A stretch of 46,537 nt of DNA from a virus (taxonomy: Duplodnaviria > Heunggongvirae > Uroviricota > Caudoviricetes): the IMG/VR virus record IMGVR_UViG_2563366953_000003. One strand, written 5' to 3'. The notes under the pieces are model-generated. The model saw only the letters and a list, made by a program, of their open reading frames with translations. It was not told the origin of the DNA and did no database searches. The position numbers and the translations under genes were made by a program. Shown piece after piece: positions 1 to 10,029 of the stretch (the stretch's first letter is position 1; the number at the start of each line of letters is the position of its first letter).

Positions 1-420
1 TTAAAACGCAGTTGGGTGAATGCCATATTCACCGTTTGAACCGTACCCTATGCGATACATCAAAGTACGATCTGTTGTCACCTTGCCCGCCTGCTCACTC
101 ATGCCACCACCACATACTCCTTTTGGCCACGCGCTGAAGACATGATCACCAATCGTTGGGTATACAACGACTTTCTGAGCTGTACCTAAATCTGCCACCT
201 CTTTACCATCAACATAAACACGGGAAAAGCACGCGCTCCCAAAGAAACCCGAATCACGCTTGATGATCACCTCTCCTGTCCCATCTCTTTTTTCGAGTAT
301 TGCGCTATTGATTACCTGTTTTTCTGGAACGGGAGTAGCCTGCTCGTTTGAGACTGGCTTGGTTGCACAACCAGCAAGCGCACACATAATCCCAAAGGCA
401 AGAATATTTTTAACGACCAT
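1..420 (-). CDS. Putative lipoprotein (cargo at end of tail operon)
   Basis: Signal peptide with lipobox LAGC (MVVKNILAFGIMCALAGCATKP). Start placed at the internal ATG at 420, which has a GGAG Shine-Dalgarno upstream; the track ORF extends to 468. Stop codon at 1-3. Confidence 0.55.
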   Translation of the reverse strand: MVVKNILAFGIMCALAGCATKPVSNEQATPVPEKQVINSAILEKRDGTGEVIIKRDSGFFGSACFSRVYVDGKEVADLGTAQKVVVYPTIGDHVFSAWPKGVCGGGMSEQAGKVTTDRTLMYRIGYGSNGEYGIHPTAF

Positions 421-448
421 GTATAAAAAACTCCAAAAATTATAATTG

Positions 449-2275
449 TCAGTACCTGACGATACCAACGTCCAATACCGGGAAATCTACGCACCAAAAC
501 CCCGCCGGCTTGCATGTTAAAATAACCCAAGCGGTGTTTGTAGTCGACGGCCAGTCCGGCAGTGTGTCGTATTTTTTATCGTCGCATGAGTCGCGATAGC
601 CGTATTCATTACGCAGTGGTTTTAATCCCGCGATCAGATCGGTAGCTCTCTGCTCGTTCCCTAGCGCACGTTCGAATAGTGCTACACCCGCTGTACCCTC
701 GGTCCACACGCCACGGCTATGGCCGCTGTATCCGTAGTCCGGGTGATACGGTGTATAACCGGTGCTCTCCAGTGTGCCGAACCGGAATCTTTCCATATAA
801 CGGCGGCATTTTTCCGCCAACTCCGGCGCGGCTTTTACTGCGAAAATCCCGCCCCAACTCGATTGATCTAGCGCTGCGGCGTTGTCCGGGCCGTCAATGT
901 GCACGCCCTGCCGGAATCGCCCCTCGCTCTCAATCCAGAATTTTTCCACGATATTTGCAGCCAGCGTGGTGGCTCGCAGTTCGTATCCGGTAAAATCGGT
1001 TAACCGTCCAACGAGTTCGAATAAAAAATAAATATCAACGTTGTGCTCGAGCGCGCACCAGGTCGCAACATAATTCGGATCAAATGATCCGTCCTCCAGA
1101 TATTTACCGTTGCCGCCCATGTATAAGCCGTGGCGCGGGTCGCCGCTGGCGTCAACCTTCAGACCGTCCAGCCAGGTTAGCCCGGCGTTTAATTTCGCGC
1201 GCGCTAACTCAGCGTTACTGCCGGTAGGGTATTTGCTCAGATAGAATGCCAGGGCGTACAACACCCACGCCGCGTTACCCGTGCGGTAATACTCGCGGGA
1301 GGACTGTGCGGACAGCCGGTTAACAAAAAATTTAATGCCGCCGTTTTCACCCACCAGGGCGCACAGACCCGTAACATAACGCTCTACCGCCTCGTGATTC
1401 TGCGCCATGAGTGCCAGCGTCGCGCACGCCTGATCATATGTGTAGCAACGGTCTTTCATGACGCTGACTACCTCGGGATCGGCGTCAGCGGGCATCCAGT
1501 AACTGCGAATACACAGCGGGTATTCCAGCGTAGTGATCCATTTACTATCTGCTACGCGCACCAATCTGAATTGTTTTGCACCAGCCCAGGAACGTTTAAA
1601 AGAAAACTTCCCGTCCGCTGTTAAATTTGTTTCGCCGTTAAAATATTCGCCTGTTGTGTAGGCGTACATTTGAATTTTATATTCAAGCGGGCTAGTAACG
1701 TCGCAAAATCCGTTTACCGGGCCAATATAGTTATAATTAATCGTCTCTGTGATAGTTATTGCAATATCCGGATCTAACACCTCCGGTTTTTCCAGCTCCA
1801 GCATTGCTGTTGTATTGACATTGATAATTTCGTCAAAATTCTCAAATCTGGCGCTCCCTGCCGCTGCCGTCGAAATCTGCGCAGCAGCAGCGGCGGCGGC
1901 GGCATTCTGCCTGGCCTCCGTTGCGGCGGCGCTGGCAACACTGGCAGCGGCTTGTGCTGTGGCAACGAGTTCCTGGATCTCCGCCAACGCAGCTGGCGTC
2001 AGTTCGTCTGCGCTAAAATTAGTCAAATAGTCGTTTAACGTGCCGTCAACACTGTCCGGGTTAACGTTAATCACGCCGAGATATGCCGCACTAGCAGTGA
2101 CAACGTAAACTCCGGGCTTCATATCAAATTTGTACTCACCCGCCGCGCCTGTTTCTTGCTCTACAACAGTGGTCATTACTACGCGTGAACTCGTGACCCG
2201 TGCTGTTAATACTAACTGAACGCCGACAACGGGCTCGCCGACCCCATTTGCGTATACACCCGATATTATTGCCAT
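449..2275 (-). CDS. Tail-associated protein: N-terminal beta-domain, Ala-rich linker, C-terminal aromatic-rich domain suggestive of a glycoside hydrolase
   Basis: 608-aa ORF starting 5 nt after the gpD-like stop (translationally coupled to the tail operon). Poly-Ala/Gln stretch AAAAAAAAQ; C-terminal motifs WVLYALAFY, ATWCALEHN, SSWGGIFA. The fold assignment is inference only. Confidence 0.45.
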   Translation of the reverse strand: MAIISGVYANGVGEPVVGVQLVLTARVTSSRVVMTTVVEQETGAAGEYKFDMKPGVYVVTASAAYLGVINVNPDSVDGTLNDYLTNFSADELTPAALAEIQELVATAQAAASVASAAATEARQNAAAAAAAAQISTAAAGSARFENFDEIINVNTTAMLELEKPEVLDPDIAITITETINYNYIGPVNGFCDVTSPLEYKIQMYAYTTGEYFNGETNLTADGKFSFKRSWAGAKQFRLVRVADSKWITTLEYPLCIRSYWMPADADPEVVSVMKDRCYTYDQACATLALMAQNHEAVERYVTGLCALVGENGGIKFFVNRLSAQSSREYYRTGNAAWVLYALAFYLSKYPTGSNAELARAKLNAGLTWLDGLKVDASGDPRHGLYMGGNGKYLEDGSFDPNYVATWCALEHNVDIYFLFELVGRLTDFTGYELRATTLAANIVEKFWIESEGRFRQGVHIDGPDNAAALDQSSWGGIFAVKAAPELAEKCRRYMERFRFGTLESTGYTPYHPDYGYSGHSRGVWTEGTAGVALFERALGNEQRATDLIAGLKPLRNEYGYRDSCDDKKYDTLPDWPSTTNTAWVILTCKPAGFWCVDFPVLDVGIVRY

Positions 2276-2280
2276 TTCAT

Positions 2281-3324
2281 TTACTCCAGCGACAGTCGCG
2301 CAGAGAATCCGTTTTCAGCCAGCGTCAGCGTCAACGTATTGATTGTCCAGTCTCGGTCCTCCTCTGTCCCGAATCCTTGTGTTGTGACTTTGCATTCTGC
2401 AGTCAGCGATACTAAATCGAGCGTCGCGGGCGTCGTGTAAGTCATGGAGAACTCTTTTTTAGCTGCACCGCCCTTGAGTCCTGGCGCAGCTTCTTTCGCT
2501 GCATCAAGCGACGGCTCCACTGCCGGCCACTCGATTACAGGATCGCCGCCACTGCCCGTACGCAATTCTTTGATCTGCCCCGTTGCTGTATCGTGATATT
2601 TGATCAAATACGTTGGCTCCGCATTTTCGCCACCTCCGCCACTATCACCGTTTTGTCCATTTCTCGAATAACCCCAGCTTGAGTTATCACGACGCGTGAG
2701 CGTGTAGTGCTGAAGCGGTGCTCCGCTAACAGATTCGCCCGCGCCGCGCGGCAGGAATATCCAGTACCCGCCCGCGGGTTTACTCACCGCATCGAATCTC
2801 GTTGCGAGCCGCGACATCAGGTGCATATCTGACTCGCCGACTTGATCGAGCTGCGTGATAATGTTGTCTGCAAACCGCTTTGATACGCGAGGTTTTAGCC
2901 CGTTATCGCTCGCTATTGTTGCAACGATATTGCTGACAGTGACGTCGCTCCAGGAGCGAGTTTTTTTGCTCTGAACTGTCGGAGAGCCTTTTGATGCGTT
3001 CATCGGAGCTGCTTTTGCTGTGAAATCAACTACCCGGGGTTCACCGCCACTGCTCGCACCATCAACGATGTATACACCCTTATCAATTATCTGATTACCG
3101 AAACCGAGCCCAATACTGATTTTTACTCCGCGGGCCGGAATTTTCAGAGTTTCAGAAACGATTGCTACGCGTAATTCGTCTGTCTGTTTACTCGAACCAC
3201 CATAATCTGTGAGCGTGATATTGATCAAACCTTTTCTTATTTTATCCGTGATGTTTTCATTATCAGCAGATATATAAAAATTGGGCTTCCATGCTTCCAC
3301 GCCAGTATTTACGTAATCACTCAT
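2281..3324 (-). CDS. Tail protein D (P2 gpD-like, late control D family)
   Basis: 347 aa. Conserved LTRRD motif and overall similarity to P2 gpD as recalled; sits after gpU and gpX as in P2-like and pyocin clusters. Confidence 0.85.
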   Translation of the reverse strand: MSDYVNTGVEAWKPNFYISADNENITDKIRKGLINITLTDYGGSSKQTDELRVAIVSETLKIPARGVKISIGLGFGNQIIDKGVYIVDGASSGGEPRVVDFTAKAAPMNASKGSPTVQSKKTRSWSDVTVSNIVATIASDNGLKPRVSKRFADNIITQLDQVGESDMHLMSRLATRFDAVSKPAGGYWIFLPRGAGESVSGAPLQHYTLTRRDNSSWGYSRNGQNGDSGGGGENAEPTYLIKYHDTATGQIKELRTGSGGDPVIEWPAVEPSLDAAKEAAPGLKGGAAKKEFSMTYTTPATLDLVSLTAECKVTTQGFGTEEDRDWTINTLTLTLAENGFSARLSLE

Positions 3325-3327
3325 TCA

Positions 3328-3552
3328 TCAATCCCATAATTGCGTTTCTTTTTTAGCCGGTTCGGGGTCGATTTCTGGTAAAACAATTTTTTCTCCTGCA
3401 CGAAACACGGCACACATATCCGTTACGCCGTAATTTAAAACTTGATATAACACGGTTTCTGTCGTTTTTGCTGTTCTCCCGTAGACAGCAAGGCAGATCT
3501 GATCGAGACGGTCACCGTCCCGTGTAGTGTATGTAATCATTTGGGGCCCCAT
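3328..3552 (-). CDS. Tail protein X (P2 gpX-like)
   Basis: 74 aa, located between gpU and gpD as in R-pyocin and P2-like tail clusters. Confidence 0.65.
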   Translation of the reverse strand: MGPQMITYTTRDGDRLDQICLAVYGRTAKTTETVLYQVLNYGVTDMCAVFRAGEKIVLPEIDPEPAKKETQLWD

Positions 3553-3712
3553 TAATTAAAAGGATTTCATAATGAGAATTAATTTTAGTAGTCGGAGAGG
3601 TATTAGTATTTCGGCGTCAAAAAAAATACCATCAGGTTGTTTTACATTTATGCTCGTAGTTTTTTTATTATTTTTATACTTGTTAAGTGCTCTGGTAGCG
3701 CTTGATTTTGTA

Positions 3713-4141
3713 TTAATCTAGCGAAGCTCCATAATATTCGAGCGTGAGTGAAAAGTCCTGCGATTTTGGGGTCCCTCCTTTCAGAAAACTGTTTTGCGTT
3801 TCTGTTAACTCCCTGATAACCCAGTACCCCTTCACCTCCCCGGTCCCCAGCACCAGTTGCTGGGGTTCTCCCGAGTTCCCCAGTGCCCGCAAATCTGTTA
3901 ACAAGCCAATGCCGCACCCATCAAGGAATAACGCGTTTATTTTCCCATCGATCGTGATTGTGGGGTTCGGTCGTCCGGTTATCTGCAATGCGTCGTTTTT
4001 CCCGAATCGTGTTTGCTGAGCCCAGCGCCAGGCGTCACTACGTTGCAGTTTGTTGTACGCTACTGTTGATATAGCAAAAATGAAATCACCCAAACCGAGC
4101 ATGATATCCTCAGCACCGTTTATTGCATCACTCATTGTCAC
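3713..4141 (-). CDS. Tail protein U (P2 gpU-like)
   Basis: 142 aa with the RW...RFGKNDALQ pattern resembling P2 gpU; overlaps the tape-measure stop by 4 nt. Confidence 0.75.
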   Translation of the reverse strand: MTMSDAINGAEDIMLGLGDFIFAISTVAYNKLQRSDAWRWAQQTRFGKNDALQITGRPNPTITIDGKINALFLDGCGIGLLTDLRALGNSGEPQQLVLGTGEVKGYWVIRELTETQNSFLKGGTPKSQDFSLTLEYYGASLD

Positions 4142-5778
4142 CCCGCCGCCGCTGGTTTATCAAACATTGCACCACGATTGTACGAACTCGCAACCTGTCT
4201 CAGCCCGTCGAGCACACCCGATGCGGCAGCCTGCTGTGTTGATTGTGGATCTGCTGCTCCGATAATATTGATTTCAATTTTATTGTTTTGCTCTGGCGCT
4301 GGAGTTGCGACTGCCTGTCTCAGCGCGTCAATATTCAACGTTGCTGAGTTTTGTGATTCAGGCGTTGAGTCTTTATTTATTAATCCAGTAAACGGGTTAG
4401 CAAACGAGAGCATTGATTCAGCCTGTGATTTTGCACGAGCAAGACGTTCAGGGTGTCGCATATTATCCACGGCTTCGTCGGCTTTTGCTTTTGCTACATT
4501 ATCTGCTGCCAGTCCTGGGTTCGGTGAATATTTACCACCACTATCCATGAATTCCTGATACGCTTTATTATATTCTTCGTTATATACGCGCTGTTCCTCG
4601 TCTGTTTTCTCGTCCAGGATTAACCACTCCAGTTTTTTTACGACTGCCCAAATTATTTTTCCGAATTTAACGCACGCCTCGCCAAAACTGACTATCCCCT
4701 CCCAAAGTTTTTTCATATTTTCTGGCTTAACCCATTCTTTAATACTATCAACAACCCCCCCTTGATTCTCTTTAAACCAGGATGCCAGCCCGTCTCGCAT
4801 AGCGTCAAACGTCGGCGCGAGTTCCCCTCCGATTTTCCCGAGAGTATCTGCCAGCCCCGATGTGATTGCCCCCCACAGATTCGTGACGGATACGTGCGCG
4901 CGCGCTGCACCCTCAGCCCCTTCTTTCGTTAGCAGGTTTGATTTTTGAGCGTCCGACATAGTCTGCTCCCAGCTTTTACCAGTCGCCCGCATATAGGTCA
5001 TTATTTTATTAGCCTCTCCCCCCATTAGCTGATCAGCCAGACTCGCCGCCTGTTGATCATCCTTCATTTCAGAGATACGCCGCATAACTTCATTGAACTG
5101 TTTTTCTCGATCCCATTTAGCCATCCGTTTTTTTGTCAAGCCAATTTGAAACAACATGGGGTTCAGGTTTTTTTCGTTTCCGATTTCGCCGATTTTATTT
5201 GTAAGTTCTTCTGACAGGTCACCAACATTTTCGCCGTTCAGGCCCGCAGCTTTACCAATATTTTCCCACGCAGCGTATTTTTCGATGCCAACACCGTAGG
5301 ACTTCGCCAGACCGAGTTTTTCTGACGTCTCTGCATTCATTGCCAGCGCGCCAGCAGTCGCGCCGCCGAGCAGACCCACGGCCCCCAGCGTCCCCCATTT
5401 GATACCCCGTCCCGTGGCCCTCACCGCACCTGCGGTGGCTCGTCCGCCCCATTTTGCAGCACCTTTTGCGCGCCCCGTCCACTTCTCCAGCCGCTGTTTT
5501 TTAGCAAGCTGGGTATTCAGCGCCTCCTGGTCCTGCGTTGTCGCCTTTATCCGACGGTCCAGCTTTTGATACTGAGCAGATAAATCAGAGACATCTTTAC
5601 CTGCCAGTTTCATTGCTGCGATTTTGTCTTTTAATTTATCCTGGCTTTTCGTTAATTTTCCGACAGTAGACGACGTCTGCCGAATGGCGTCGTTGAGTTC
5701 TGTTGTACCGCGCCGAAACGACGGGTCTATTCGCCCCCCGAATACAACCTGCGTTTTAAAGTTTTGAGAAATAGCCAT
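4138..5778 (-). CDS. Tail tape measure protein (P2 gpT-like)
   Basis: 546 aa, coiled-coil and Gly/Ala-rich composition, positioned between the E chaperone and gpU. Confidence 0.8.
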   Translation of the reverse strand: MAISQNFKTQVVFGGRIDPSFRRGTTELNDAIRQTSSTVGKLTKSQDKLKDKIAAMKLAGKDVSDLSAQYQKLDRRIKATTQDQEALNTQLAKKQRLEKWTGRAKGAAKWGGRATAGAVRATGRGIKWGTLGAVGLLGGATAGALAMNAETSEKLGLAKSYGVGIEKYAAWENIGKAAGLNGENVGDLSEELTNKIGEIGNEKNLNPMLFQIGLTKKRMAKWDREKQFNEVMRRISEMKDDQQAASLADQLMGGEANKIMTYMRATGKSWEQTMSDAQKSNLLTKEGAEGAARAHVSVTNLWGAITSGLADTLGKIGGELAPTFDAMRDGLASWFKENQGGVVDSIKEWVKPENMKKLWEGIVSFGEACVKFGKIIWAVVKKLEWLILDEKTDEEQRVYNEEYNKAYQEFMDSGGKYSPNPGLAADNVAKAKADEAVDNMRHPERLARAKSQAESMLSFANPFTGLINKDSTPESQNSATLNIDALRQAVATPAPEQNNKIEINIIGAADPQSTQQAAASGVLDGLRQVASSYNRGAMFDKPAAAG

Positions 5779-5886
5779 CGGTTTTCATGACCTCGTTTAC
5801 ATAGAAATTAAAAACCCGATACGGCAGGTCCATTTGCGTATCAGGCGGGATGGCAAGTTTTTTCGCAATAAACGGAATCAGAATAA

Positions 5887-6168
5887 CTATATCTGATGTC
5901 GGTCTTTCGGGTGCTTTACCAGTTCGTTAAACGCGGCCTCCAGTTGATCGTAATCGCACGCGGGGAGCGCATATAAATCCTCTCTTTCCAGATTTGCCAG
6001 GCGCGCCAGCATTGTCGCTGTCCGCTCTTCAAGACCGCTTTTATCGTTACTGAACATAATGCGGTCGCGTAATTTTGGTTCGCGAATAGTAATTGTATCG
6101 CGGCTCTCGCCCTTAATAATAAATGGTCGAGAGAGCGTAATAGTCATACTGTCTAATAATGATTCCAT
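5887..6168 (-). CDS. Tail assembly chaperone (P2 gpE-like)
   Basis: 93-aa ORF between tail tube and tape measure. The E' frameshift product expected in P2-like phages was not located. Confidence 0.65.
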   Translation of the reverse strand: MESLLDSMTITLSRPFIIKGESRDTITIREPKLRDRIMFSNDKSGLEERTATMLARLANLEREDLYALPACDYDQLEAAFNELVKHPKDRHQI

Positions 6169-6180
6169 TTTATTTACCTT

Positions 6181-6693
6181 TTAATATACATGAAGGATTC
6201 GAGCGACGCCCGCAAGAACATCAACACCATTGATAACGCGTTTCATTTTTGCAGGATGAATTTCGTAAATAATTCGTCCATTTTGAACTCGTTTATAATA
6301 GCTCGGCGCAATCGTTACTGATTGCCCCACTGACGATTTAGAATCAGTCCCCTGAGCGTCATCAGTGATTGCCGTAATAAGTCCCTCGTAGGTATCAATA
6401 CGCTCAAAATTTATTCCATAGGAGTCTGTGTACGCACTACGAATTTCAAACCGCGTCTTGACTCCCGGTATTAACCCGAAATAGCTCATAACACCAGAAT
6501 CAGAACCCGAAACTTTAAAACTGGCTGACATTTTCTCCATACCGCCATCTAATGTGATGGCTGTATCCATCGCGCCTGTTTTAAACTCGTCCTCGATTAT
6601 TTTCATATCGACAGGAGTATATTCAGTACAATTTAAAACCCGTTCGCCCTGCACGAATAGCGCAAACGCGCGGTAAGCGTTGCTGTCTGACAT
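6181..6693 (-). CDS. Tail tube protein (P2 gpFII-like)
   Basis: 170 aa immediately downstream of the sheath gene. Confidence 0.8.
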   Translation of the reverse strand: MSDSNAYRAFALFVQGERVLNCTEYTPVDMKIIEDEFKTGAMDTAITLDGGMEKMSASFKVSGSDSGVMSYFGLIPGVKTRFEIRSAYTDSYGINFERIDTYEGLITAITDDAQGTDSKSSVGQSVTIAPSYYKRVQNGRIIYEIHPAKMKRVINGVDVLAGVARILHVY

Positions 6694-6710
6694 ATTTAAT
6701 CTCCGAATTA

Positions 6711-8210
6711 TCAGGCTGTTTCTTTAAAAAGGGAGGCCAGTGCTTCAACTGTATAGTCATTATTAATGCGGTACATTAACGTAATTGTTTGTGCCGGAGA
6801 TTTCGGGCCAAAATCAACATTAATATAAAGATTACCCGCAGCCAGACTTTCTTTTGTATTCAACTCACCGTCTAACCACGCCCGACCTCCGTTAATCGCG
6901 CCCCGCTCCTCTAATTTATGCAGATATGCGTTTATTGACTCTACGACGTCTGTTCCGAGGTGCAGATCTATCGGGCGATCAATAAAATCGGTCATCATTG
7001 CCCGGGCTATAGAATCCTCAATTACATCAGCTGTTCGACGAACGCATTCAAACGACCACTGCGAATCCAGACTGCACAGATAGTTACCCCAGTGTCTGAA
7101 CCCGTCATAGCGAATGATGGTGCTGACCTGACTAGCGTTCAGCAGGTTCGCTGTGCAGTTTGTCTCACCAATAATAAAATCGTCGACCTGTTCAAGCCCT
7201 GTAACTCCGTAGATATTCTGGTTCGATTTGCTCCACCAAAACCCCTTTTCGTTATCTATCCTGGCTCGTAAACCAGCAGCAATGGCTGAATATGGTCTTG
7301 ATTGCCCGCCTACGTCGCTAGTTGAATAAACACGGGGACGTAACAATTCTACGCGCGCTCCGAAATTTTGCCGACGATTTACAACATTTGCGGGTGTAGC
7401 TAAATGCGGAGAGTCAATATATCCAACGCCGCGAAGTTTATTTGCGACCACCTCAATTTGCGCTGCGACCTCATCGCGGGCGCTGTAATCCGGCGCTATA
7501 ATAATTCGTGGTGTAACTCCGTTAATTTGTGCTGACGTCAACAGCGCGTTAATTCCGGCAATAACATTTTCGTTCATATCAGAGTCGTCGCTACTCTCGG
7601 CAACGCGAACGGCAACGATTAGCGCATCTGTCTGATTTAAAATATCAGAAATTGCGGTAGGCAGGGTCCCGTATTTCCCGAGCAGCGCGGCTTTTTTCTG
7701 ACTGCCTGCAATTAATACTGGTGAATTAATTGGGAATGCATCATCAGTTCCGCCAGATAAATTTGTCGGCGGGAGGCCGAATACTGTGCCGGTGCCAGAA
7801 TGATCGCCGCCAAATGTTACATTTATCCATTCTCCGTCTGATTTACCCTCTCTGTATCCCTGATTCTGATCATACATTTTGCTGGGAGTCATTCCCAGCT
7901 CCGTAATCATCGTTAATTTTTTTGTTCCGTCGGGCAGCGTGCTGTATCCCGGAGTGCATGTTGCGCCATCAACCGTCATATCTACAATTTCAACAACCCA
8001 TTTATTACCGTCGCTGCCTGGTGATACCGTTGAAAATTCAACGAGATTATCAGCCAGTGATGAACCCCACATTAATGAAGCTCTCGTAGCCTCTGCGACG
8101 TTCGTTGCAGTACCAACAATCCCGATAACTGAAATATCTACCGTGCTGATTTCTTTTGTGCCGTCGTCGTATTCTAGCGTGCGGGGGCCGTGCAAAAAAT
8201 TAGTGCTCAT
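6711..8210 (-). CDS. Contractile tail sheath protein (P2 gpFI-like)
   Basis: 499 aa; N-terminal ISTVDISVIGIVGTA and C-terminal GFRHWGN and AGNLYINVDFGP motifs match the P2 sheath as recalled. Confidence 0.9.
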   Translation of the reverse strand: MSTNFLHGPRTLEYDDGTKEISTVDISVIGIVGTATNVAEATRASLMWGSSLADNLVEFSTVSPGSDGNKWVVEIVDMTVDGATCTPGYSTLPDGTKKLTMITELGMTPSKMYDQNQGYREGKSDGEWINVTFGGDHSGTGTVFGLPPTNLSGGTDDAFPINSPVLIAGSQKKAALLGKYGTLPTAISDILNQTDALIVAVRVAESSDDSDMNENVIAGINALLTSAQINGVTPRIIIAPDYSARDEVAAQIEVVANKLRGVGYIDSPHLATPANVVNRRQNFGARVELLRPRVYSTSDVGGQSRPYSAIAAGLRARIDNEKGFWWSKSNQNIYGVTGLEQVDDFIIGETNCTANLLNASQVSTIIRYDGFRHWGNYLCSLDSQWSFECVRRTADVIEDSIARAMMTDFIDRPIDLHLGTDVVESINAYLHKLEERGAINGGRAWLDGELNTKESLAAGNLYINVDFGPKSPAQTITLMYRINNDYTVEALASLFKETA

Positions 8211-8215
8211 TTATT

Positions 8216-8449
8216 TTACTCTCCTGATTCGATTATAATTGGAGCCACATATTCAGCAACATCACCAAATTCACCGCAAGCGGCGCGCTCGTATAACTCT
8301 CGGCCATATAATGTGGAGTCTGTTTTAGATGCAGTAAATAAAATAGCATTACCGATCCCTTGTATGTCACAGACAATATCAATACTGTTATTCGATGCGC
8401 TGGAATAGCGCTGTGTTTTTATATTTGAAAAGTTATCAATTGTTATCAT
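8216..8449 (-). CDS. Small protein in the tail-fiber assembly (P2 gpG) position; function unknown
   Basis: 77-aa ORF between the fiber and sheath genes; assigned by synteny only. Confidence 0.35.
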   Translation of the reverse strand: MITIDNFSNIKTQRYSSASNNSIDIVCDIQGIGNAILFTASKTDSTLYGRELYERAACGEFGDVAEYVAPIIIESGE

Positions 8450-8454
8450 TTGTT

Positions 8455-9417
8455 TTACGCTATCCTCGTGAAATTAGTTGCAAATTTGCCAGTATAGATA
8501 TCTTCACCAGCCCCGGAAGATGGCTCATAGCTCTGGGGGATCAGTCCGCACAATTGCCAAATACCAGGCAATGGCTCACTTCCAAAAGTTAGCGTAAGCG
8601 TGGCTTCGCTCATAGAGCCGACACCTCCGGTATATTTCCATTGAATGCATGCAGGGGAAATTATCGAACCTTGTAACTGTTCACCAGGTTTATAGTGCAT
8701 TACAGTAGAGTTATCGAATGTAAATCCAGCATAAACAACTGAGCCGACAGCTGCAAACGCAGGCACCGCCGGTGCAGGGTCATCGTTAGCATCAATTAAA
8801 TCATCAACGTCTTCTTTGGTGTAATAATTATCAAGATTTACGCCGATATTTTCTCGCGCCGTTTTTTGCGCCACCGTGCCTTTATCTTTAATTTCAGATA
8901 AATTTTTACCTATCTGCAAATATCGTTTATCGGCATCTGCCTGGCTCATTCCGCTACTGTTATCAATAACAACGTTAACAGTAGACGTGCTGGACACCGC
9001 GAGAGTGTATTTATACGTGATTGAAATCAGCGCGCCGTTGCTGTCCGTAGGTTTTAAAATATCCGGTGAACGTGCAACTGAGTACAGTTCCCCTTTATCT
9101 GTTAATATCCCCACCTCGCGGATGGTATAACCGCCGGTTTCCGGCGGTACGTACAGTGTAAAAATGACCTGATTACCGCTATTTTCTGACGATTTAATAT
9201 CTCCGCGATACGTCTCGTGAATTAATGCCGTTCTGGCCGGGTCTGGTGTTACGTCGTCATTTCCGTTCGCGTCACCAATAACGAATTTATTTAGCACTAC
9301 CGGCACGCCTGACGCCAGCGCCGCAGCTTCTAATTGCGCGCCACGGTCTGTCAGCACCGCATAAACTTGGCTCGCGTTAGCTTTCAGATTTGATTTTAAT
9401 TTAGCCATTGGGTCCAA
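8455..9417 (-). CDS. Tail fiber protein (P2 gpH-like N-terminal domain, short C-terminal receptor-binding region)
   Basis: 320 aa; motifs LIHETYR and TLYVPPETGGYTIREVGILTDKGELYSVAR parallel the P2 gpH N-terminus (LIHEVWR, ELVIPPEVGGFWMRELGLYDDAG). Confidence 0.75.
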   Translation of the reverse strand: MDPMAKLKSNLKANASQVYAVLTDRGAQLEAAALASGVPVVLNKFVIGDANGNDDVTPDPARTALIHETYRGDIKSSENSGNQVIFTLYVPPETGGYTIREVGILTDKGELYSVARSPDILKPTDSNGALISITYKYTLAVSSTSTVNVVIDNSSGMSQADADKRYLQIGKNLSEIKDKGTVAQKTARENIGVNLDNYYTKEDVDDLIDANDDPAPAVPAFAAVGSVVYAGFTFDNSTVMHYKPGEQLQGSIISPACIQWKYTGGVGSMSEATLTLTFGSEPLPGIWQLCGLIPQSYEPSSGAGEDIYTGKFATNFTRIA

Positions 9418-10027
9418 TCTCCACTAACAGACTCACGATTGGCGAGCCTGATATATATAATCCGCCATTTAATTTCACGCCACCATCACCATCTGCCGGT
9501 ATATTTACGCCTATTTTTGTGTAAGGAGTTCCAGCTATAAAAAATTCCCCTTCCACACCTGTTTCGAAATTTATTTCTTTTAATAAAGAGCGACAATTTT
9601 TTGCATCAAATATTTGTGCAATAAATGTATTCAATAGCTCTAAATCTAACCCCATACTTTTTAGCAGATATATTTTAATTGCGAATGTATACGGGTCGTC
9701 CCTGGGCGCGGCTTCGAACCACTCTCTCATTTTGCTCTCAAATCCAACTGTTAATAACGCTCGTTCAACAGCTCCACGCGTTCCGCGGTGCTTGTTCTGC
9801 CACGCAGCTGCTTTAATAATTTCGCGTTTTTGCTGATCGCTCCAGTCGGGGTTCCAGTAGGTGACGGCGTATTCCCACGCCAGCCACGGCAACAGATTTG
9901 CAGGACACAAATCGGGATTTTTAATAATTCGAATATCGCCAGGCAGATCGCCAACGTGAGATAAAACAGATTCCAGCGCTCTCTCGGGGGTTATTGCGTT
10001 CGGAGGCAGTACGCTTTGACTTGTCAT
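9401..10027 (-). CDS. Baseplate assembly protein I (P2 gpI-like)
   Basis: 208 aa with the PANLLPWLAWEYAV motif typical of gpI; located between J and H. Confidence 0.8.
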   Translation of the reverse strand: MTSQSVLPPNAITPERALESVLSHVGDLPGDIRIIKNPDLCPANLLPWLAWEYAVTYWNPDWSDQQKREIIKAAAWQNKHRGTRGAVERALLTVGFESKMREWFEAAPRDDPYTFAIKIYLLKSMGLDLELLNTFIAQIFDAKNCRSLLKEINFETGVEGEFFIAGTPYTKIGVNIPADGDGGVKLNGGLYISGSPIVSLLVEIGPNG

Positions 10028-10029
10028 GG

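Noticed and set aside
3648-3917. 89-aa minus-strand ORF spanning the gpU 3' end and the gpU-gpX intergenic region
   Set aside because: Overlaps the well-supported gpU-like gene in another frame; no RBS; low-complexity translation.
5779-5886. Programmed -1 frameshift (E/E') for the tail chaperone, including an A6 run (GCGAAAAAAC) in the E-T gap
   Set aside because: The A-run lies downstream of the E stop codon, and no canonical slippery heptamer was found in frame near the 3' end of the E-like ORF. E' probably exists but cannot be placed by eye.
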